Source: the human T2T-CHM13v2.0 reference genome, Homo sapiens
Strand: one strand, 5' to 3'
DNA length: 64,000 nt
NCBI RefSeq assembly: GCF_009914755.1
Contig: NC_060938.1
Numbering within the stretch: position 1 is the stretch's first letter; each line of letters begins with the position of its first letter. A program made the translations under genes and the position numbers. Below the pieces are notes generated by a model, which worked only from the letters and a program-made list of their open reading frames with translations, was not told the origin of the DNA and searched no databases. Shown piece by piece: positions 58,141 through 64,000 of the stretch.

Positions 58141-59713
58141 ATGAATTACTGAAAAAACCCGCAAGTCAGCAGCTTAAAATATACATCATTTTTAATTAAA
58201 ATAAACAAATTGAACTACTATTAGATTCGGTTTGGGCTCTAAATTGATATTAATCCTTGGAGACTTTCTTGGCCATTATTAAATTGACTAGCATGGTTGT
58301 AACTATGAATTGTGAGTCCACATTGCTTTCTCATCCCTTATAGGTGGCATCACTTCTTCATCCCTTTTAAGAGCCATCATTTCTTAAAAGGAAGTCCTCC
58401 AATAAACAGGATAAGGGAGTAGACATTCTCCATGTTCACAAATACATCAGCACAAATCCAATTTCATTAACCTTATCCTTTTCTGTATTCAGAATGTTCA
58501 AGCAATTAAATATTGAAAATATTTATAAACGATGATTTATTTGAACGATTGCAATGACAGGGTTAGTTAGACAAGCTATGAGGTGTCATTTCTATTTAAA
58601 GCCTGTCCATGATGTTATAAGATTATGTACCCATCAGTCCACCAAGTTTTCTGTAGTATAATCAACAAGTAATTTATAATATATCTTATAATTTATTTTA
58701 TCAGTGTATTTTATTTTTCTCCAACTTTATATGATAATTATATCATTCCCTTAAATATTATTTTATAACTATTAAACTTACATATCACCTAAAAGGGATA
58801 GAATGTTATAGACATCAGGTTATTCGGTAATTATTAAATGTGTCAGTTTAAATGTAAGTGGTTAGTTCATAAAAACATACATATGTAGCAGTCTGATTAC
58901 TGAGAGATATAATTATTATATTTTATATACGTGTAGGAAATGTTAATCCAGAAAGTGTGGTTTTTAAAATGATACCTGGGAGCCAAGAACTGGGTTTTAG
59001 ATTTTGTTATATGGAAGATAAACTTAAAGATGAAAATCTGCTATATTTCAAGTGATGCATAAGGCCACTTCCAAATTGCAAATTAAAAATGGCATCAGAA
59101 AGCAACTCCCTGAAGCAAAATGATCTGAAATCCATGATAGCAAAAGTAACAGGTTTCTTCTGTCTGTCAGTAAATTCATAACAAAGGCATGGGAAGGCAA
59201 ACTAATCACAGCAGAGCTAAACTACAGGATAATTTGTTCTTACAGGAACTTGATTTAACATTTTACCATTTTCCAAAGAGCATGATTCAGAATGGTCATA
59301 TTTCAAGTTCTAGGAGAGTCCATGAGGTATCTTTATCTCTTAACACATACAATGATATACATTCTTTCTTTGTCATTATTATTTTTGTTTCTAGCTAGAA
59401 ATATAGTGTTTGTATCTAAAAGCTTCTATCAGTCCACAACATGTAAAGTAAAACTCTTACTTTTATCTGCTCTTAAGGTATTCCTGTTGGCAGTTGTAGT
59501 TTAACGTATGTTTCTAGTTTGTACTGGGAATTTTTAATAAAACATAAAATGATATTTCATACACATAAAATACATATGTATGTATGCTGATACAAGTACA
59601 CATTAATATGTATATTTCAAAATATGTGTTGATTTGTACACTGAGGAGGGACCTATTTTTGTCTCTGCATGAAAAACATAATGATGTGCTTAAGGATTGT
59701 GGAAGAGGAGACT

Positions 59714-59776
59714 GGAGAGGAGCGGAGGGGAGGGGAGGGGAGAGGAGAGGAGGAGAGGAGAGGAGAGGAGAGGAGA
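59714..59776. repeat. (GGAGA/GGAGG)n polypurine repeat
   Basis: Directly visible; nearly pure purine strand. Confidence 0.95.
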
Positions 59777-61949
59777 TTATTTATGAAGAGCCAAGATGCC
59801 TTCCTACAGGGCAAGAACAAAAACCTCATTACCTTTCTCCTGAAATTTGCATCTATTTAAACACCTGAGGGTCAACCGCAAAGCTCAGTAGAAAAAATGA
59901 GTCCCCTGACATAAAATCAAGATATAAAGATAAAAGAAATAAAACCCACGGACTTGTTCCTAAGAGACAGGCTAACAGTTGTGACTATAAATTTATATCT
60001 ACAATGTGGTTGACACTGGAATCTAGCAGAGTCAAACCTTCCTGTGAGAATTTAGACTTAAATGTCATCTAGTTTGAAATGTAAGCCCAGGTTTTGTATA
60101 AAAGATTCTAGGCTGATCCTACCACTATATGGGTGGTAGGAAGAATTTTTTTCTTAAATTTTGCACTTTGAAACACTGTAAAGGTACTAAACATTTACAG
60201 TTGGAAAAAACTCAAACTCAAAATTTGAGTTGTTTTCCAAGCTCAAAGGTGGGACTAAGAGTGACTGATTTTGTGGATAAGACTCAGAATTCAGTTGTCT
60301 TCATGAATCATGATAGGAAGGGGAAAACCAGGAGGATAGGACAACATTATAGGATAAGTGAGACTGTGAATCAAGATGTGTAATTCTAGTTAAAAACAAA
60401 AACAAACAAAACCAACACAAAACCTGCAAACAAAAAAGCAAAAAAAAATGTGACTATCTTTTGGAGTGCAAACTGGCATAGTAGGATACATAATACTGAT
60501 AAATTAACAGAAGCTTCCTAAATTCCTGAAGTATATATGCAATGCATATAATCTATCTTATCCAACAGGTGGCTCCAAAGACTCATTTGACTTTTCTTGT
60601 AATGCAAAAAAATCTGAGTATGGAGCATTGTAAACTTTAATATACTTGACAACCAAGCCCTGAGTTTAATAAAGGGCATGAGATAACCAAATAAAGAAAA
60701 GCTTCCTTTCTGGAATCAGATGCTGTTACTGGAGTGTGAGTGGCAATAATAATTATCACTAGTCAGCTGAAATCACAGAAGTTTATGTTCCACAATAATG
60801 CAAAATAAAGAAGAAGTTAAAGATGAGTTTTAAAAGTTAACCTCAAAGTCACTGGAGATGAATAAGCTGTTACACTTAATTAAAAAAAAAAAAAAAAACC
60901 CTTGCCATAAAGTGCCTATGTTCCTTTAGCTACATGATATGTGTGTTAATTAATAATCAAAGTTCAGCCTGAAGGAAATTTGGTACAGTAATTTGTTAAA
61001 GTAAAAGTGAATTTGAAATGTGCTATCAATTCTAATTGAGTTATAAAAAAAAATCCCCAGGAAGAAGATTTTTTTTAAATAGTTTTAAGTTAAAACAAAA
61101 AAAACTTTCAAAAAGGAAGTAACACTGACTGGGGAATAGTTTTATGAAACATATTCTAGAACTTTAGTTTTCTAAGATATTGTGATCAACATAAAACGAT
61201 GTTTTTCAGGAAAATCATTATCAGTTAATGGCAGATAATGGCATAATGTAGGCTAAAATCAGGTGAAGAGTGATAGCATCAGGATTTACTCATCTGAACG
61301 GTTTCTCTTTCCCTCAAGGGTCAGATAAATTGGACTAACTTCTGAAACACAGTATTATCTGAAATGCTATCAGCAGTTACCTTTGTATAGATAATTCAAC
61401 TGCATAAGAATTATTTTGTACTTATACTGTGTTCAGGATTATCTCAAGTGATATAATGAGGAGTAAAAAAAGTATACAATTTTGTCCATTCAAGAAGATT
61501 ATATTCTTCTTGAGAAAAAGCAGCGTGCAAATATAAAGCCAGTAGCTAATGATAGAAAAATATGTCATGTTTCTAAATTGTTGGTTCAAATTGTTAGAGT
61601 AGGTTACAGTATTTGCTGCTCTCATTGTCAATAAGTAAGACAGACGTTGGTCTGAAAAAATGGAAATTATTCAAATGCTAGAAGAGTAGGGCATATGAGA
61701 AATAGTGGATAAAAACATTCATCACAAAGAAGAAAATGAATAAATTATGTAAAATAATTCCCCTGGCCTGATGAACTTCTTTCACTGGGAAAAATGAGAA
61801 TGCACTTTTGAAAGGGAATTTTTTAAATTCTTTAAAAGCCAATTTCAGCAGCTTCTCCAATAGAGTAGCTTCTGAAAAAGTACATGGCCATAAAATAGGA
61901 GTAATTTAGGTATTTTCAACCTGTCTGGATATTACTTTAAAGCTAAAGA

Positions 61950-62476
61950 TTCTGTATAGCTAGGTACCCTAATGAACCTTGTAATAATGAACCTATTCCT
62001 CTTTCTGTGCAATCCCTTCCCACATCAAATAGGGTTGACCTATATAACAAATAGAGCATTGCAAAAATGACAATGTGTGATTCTGAGACCAGGTAATCCA
62101 AGGCATTGTGGCTACTTTATGCTCTAAGGAATCACTCTCTGTGGGATATCATGAGGATACTCAAGCAGTCTTTTGGAAAGGCCCGTGTAATGTGAAAATG
62201 TCACTGTGTGTCAAGAGCCAGCAAGGAACTGGGCCTTCCTCTTAGCTATTTGTGAAAACCTTCTAGAGAATGGTTCTACAGTCTAGTCCAGACCTCAATT
62301 GACTGCAGCTCCAGTTGACATCTGTGCTACATCCTTATGAAAGAACCTGAGATAGAATCACCCAGCTAAGTCATTTCCAAGTACCGTACCCTCAGAAATT
62401 ATGAAATAGTAAATGTGTAATTGTTTAAGTTGCTAGTTGTGGGTAATTTGTTATGCAGCAGTAGATAACAAATACA
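61950..62476 (+). mobile_element. MaLR LTR, MLT1F-like
   Basis: 'aaggcattgtggct', 'gaggatactcaagcag', 'cacccagctaag', ending 'tttgttatgcagcagtagataacaaataca'. Confidence 0.85.
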
Positions 62477-64000
62477 AAAGCCTTACTCTTAAGTAGTAGT
62501 GGTAAATGAATGCAAAAAGAAAATAAGAAACTTCCAACACTCTATGTTTAGTCTACTAAATATTCTAAATGCTTTCTGACAATCAAATAATTTTTCCTTA
62601 TTAAAATATTGATTCTAAAGCCTGATGAATTTAGACATGTGAATACACATGTTAATTATACATCTTCTCTAATTAATACAAATATTTCCCCTGTATAGGT
62701 TCAATTAGGAGATTAAATATGGAGTTATTAAGAATTATCTATCATCAAAATTAAAGATGTCAATGAGCCATTATCAGTATGATCAGCATATTCCAAGAGC
62801 ATCTGAGCGAGTCGTTTATACTATTTTGACTAAGTTAAACTTTGTTGATCTTAGGTAAATGATAACCTGATGTTCTAAAAATCTCTAATACTGAACTAGC
62901 TTCATTGTTACCTTTGGAAAAATATGACTCTTCTTTATTTTGAGACAGAGTAATGTGCTGCTTGAGCAGGTGTTGAATTCTGGAGGGGATGAAAATATGC
63001 TTAACTCAGAAATTATTTTACTTATTAAAATTCCCTTTCACTGACATTTATTGTAGTTTTGTCAGAATAACTTCAGTGCTGACAAGTTTTAAATAGCATG
63101 GAATCTGCTATTAGAGGATTTGGAAATTCTGAATAGAAAATTAAAACATTGCAAGTTTTACCAGGAGTTTTCATGTTTTACTTCAAAGTCTTATTCGTTT
63201 AATCAACCTGATTCTCACTTGTGAGGGAGTTGAGCTGCTTTCAATTTTACATTAGTTTTGATTATGTGCTTTCAAGCAGAAGGATGATAAGAAGAGCAAT
63301 AAAATAATCTTCCTCAAGTTGTGAAAGAATGGCCATTCTTCTTGGCCTGCACAGGAAAGAACACATCTCCCTAGGATGGATTAAGAGAGCTTTCAGCACC
63401 TTTTTTGCTAGGTCACAGCTTCTCACATTCTATATCAAAATAGGTTTCATTGTTTTGTTTTTTTTTTTTAGTAACTTCAGTCATATTCTTCTAGGTTATT
63501 TCACTTCTTTTCATAAGAGAAATTGAAAGTATCTAATATTTAAGAATCCATAATAGTCTGCCTTCCAAATGAAAGAGTGAACTTAATGGTGAGAACTCAT
63601 CCCATCTTTATCTAATCTGAAGCACCAAGAGGTTCTCAAAAACATGCCTGGTTGCATAAGAGTGCATAAATTTAACAATTGGTGCTCAAGTATAAATGGA
63701 AATATTTGGGCCTGTAACTATTTAGAGTCATGAAAATAATTGGTCTATGTGTGTTTAACATACTTTTAAATAAGACATGTATGCAAGTGGATGATGGCAT
63801 ACATGTAACTCCTTTGGAATTTCCTATACATTTCAAAATGTTCATTCAATTTATGTATGTAACATGGATAAATGCACATAAAAGAATGTAGATGTAATAC
63901 AAATGTTTCTAATTGCTTTTATATAGATTTAAGGAATGAAAGCAATATTAAATTAATTATCAATAAAGTATATTCAAATTTTCTTTTTAAAACTGTCTTA

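Noticed and set aside
58332-58385. Degenerate 26-bp tandem duplication
   Set aside because: Too short and diverged to distinguish from ordinary slippage.

Overview
AT-rich, gene-poor primate genomic DNA. The L1PA2-type 3' ends and Alu elements point to a great ape or human. I find no host protein-coding gene, RNA gene or CRISPR array; every long ORF in the track is LINE-1 ORF1/ORF2 or antisense to it. By my hand tally roughly half the window is LINE-1 of several ages. These include a full-length but dead L1PA2-like element (49043-55108, perfect 19-bp TSD) inside an older L1, a 5'-complete older L1PA lacking its 3' end (10598-16740), and a twin-primed (5'-inverted) L1 (3037-7232) holding three younger nested insertions. 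There are also a few Alu/FRAM copies, MaLR and ERV1 solo LTRs, a decayed ERV-L pol remnant, a piggyBac MITE (MER75) inside a MER4-type LTR, a mariner (HSMAR2) fragment, L2/MIR relics and simple repeats. I cannot support a new biological system here. The least-explained signals are an unassigned ~94-bp near-palindrome (46491-46584), a duplication-plus-perfect-hairpin scar (21201-21334) and the non-TTAA MER75 insertion, which keeps a possible splice acceptor and the PGBD4-like N-terminus. Subfamily names come from my recall of consensus sequences and need RepeatMasker/Dfam confirmation.
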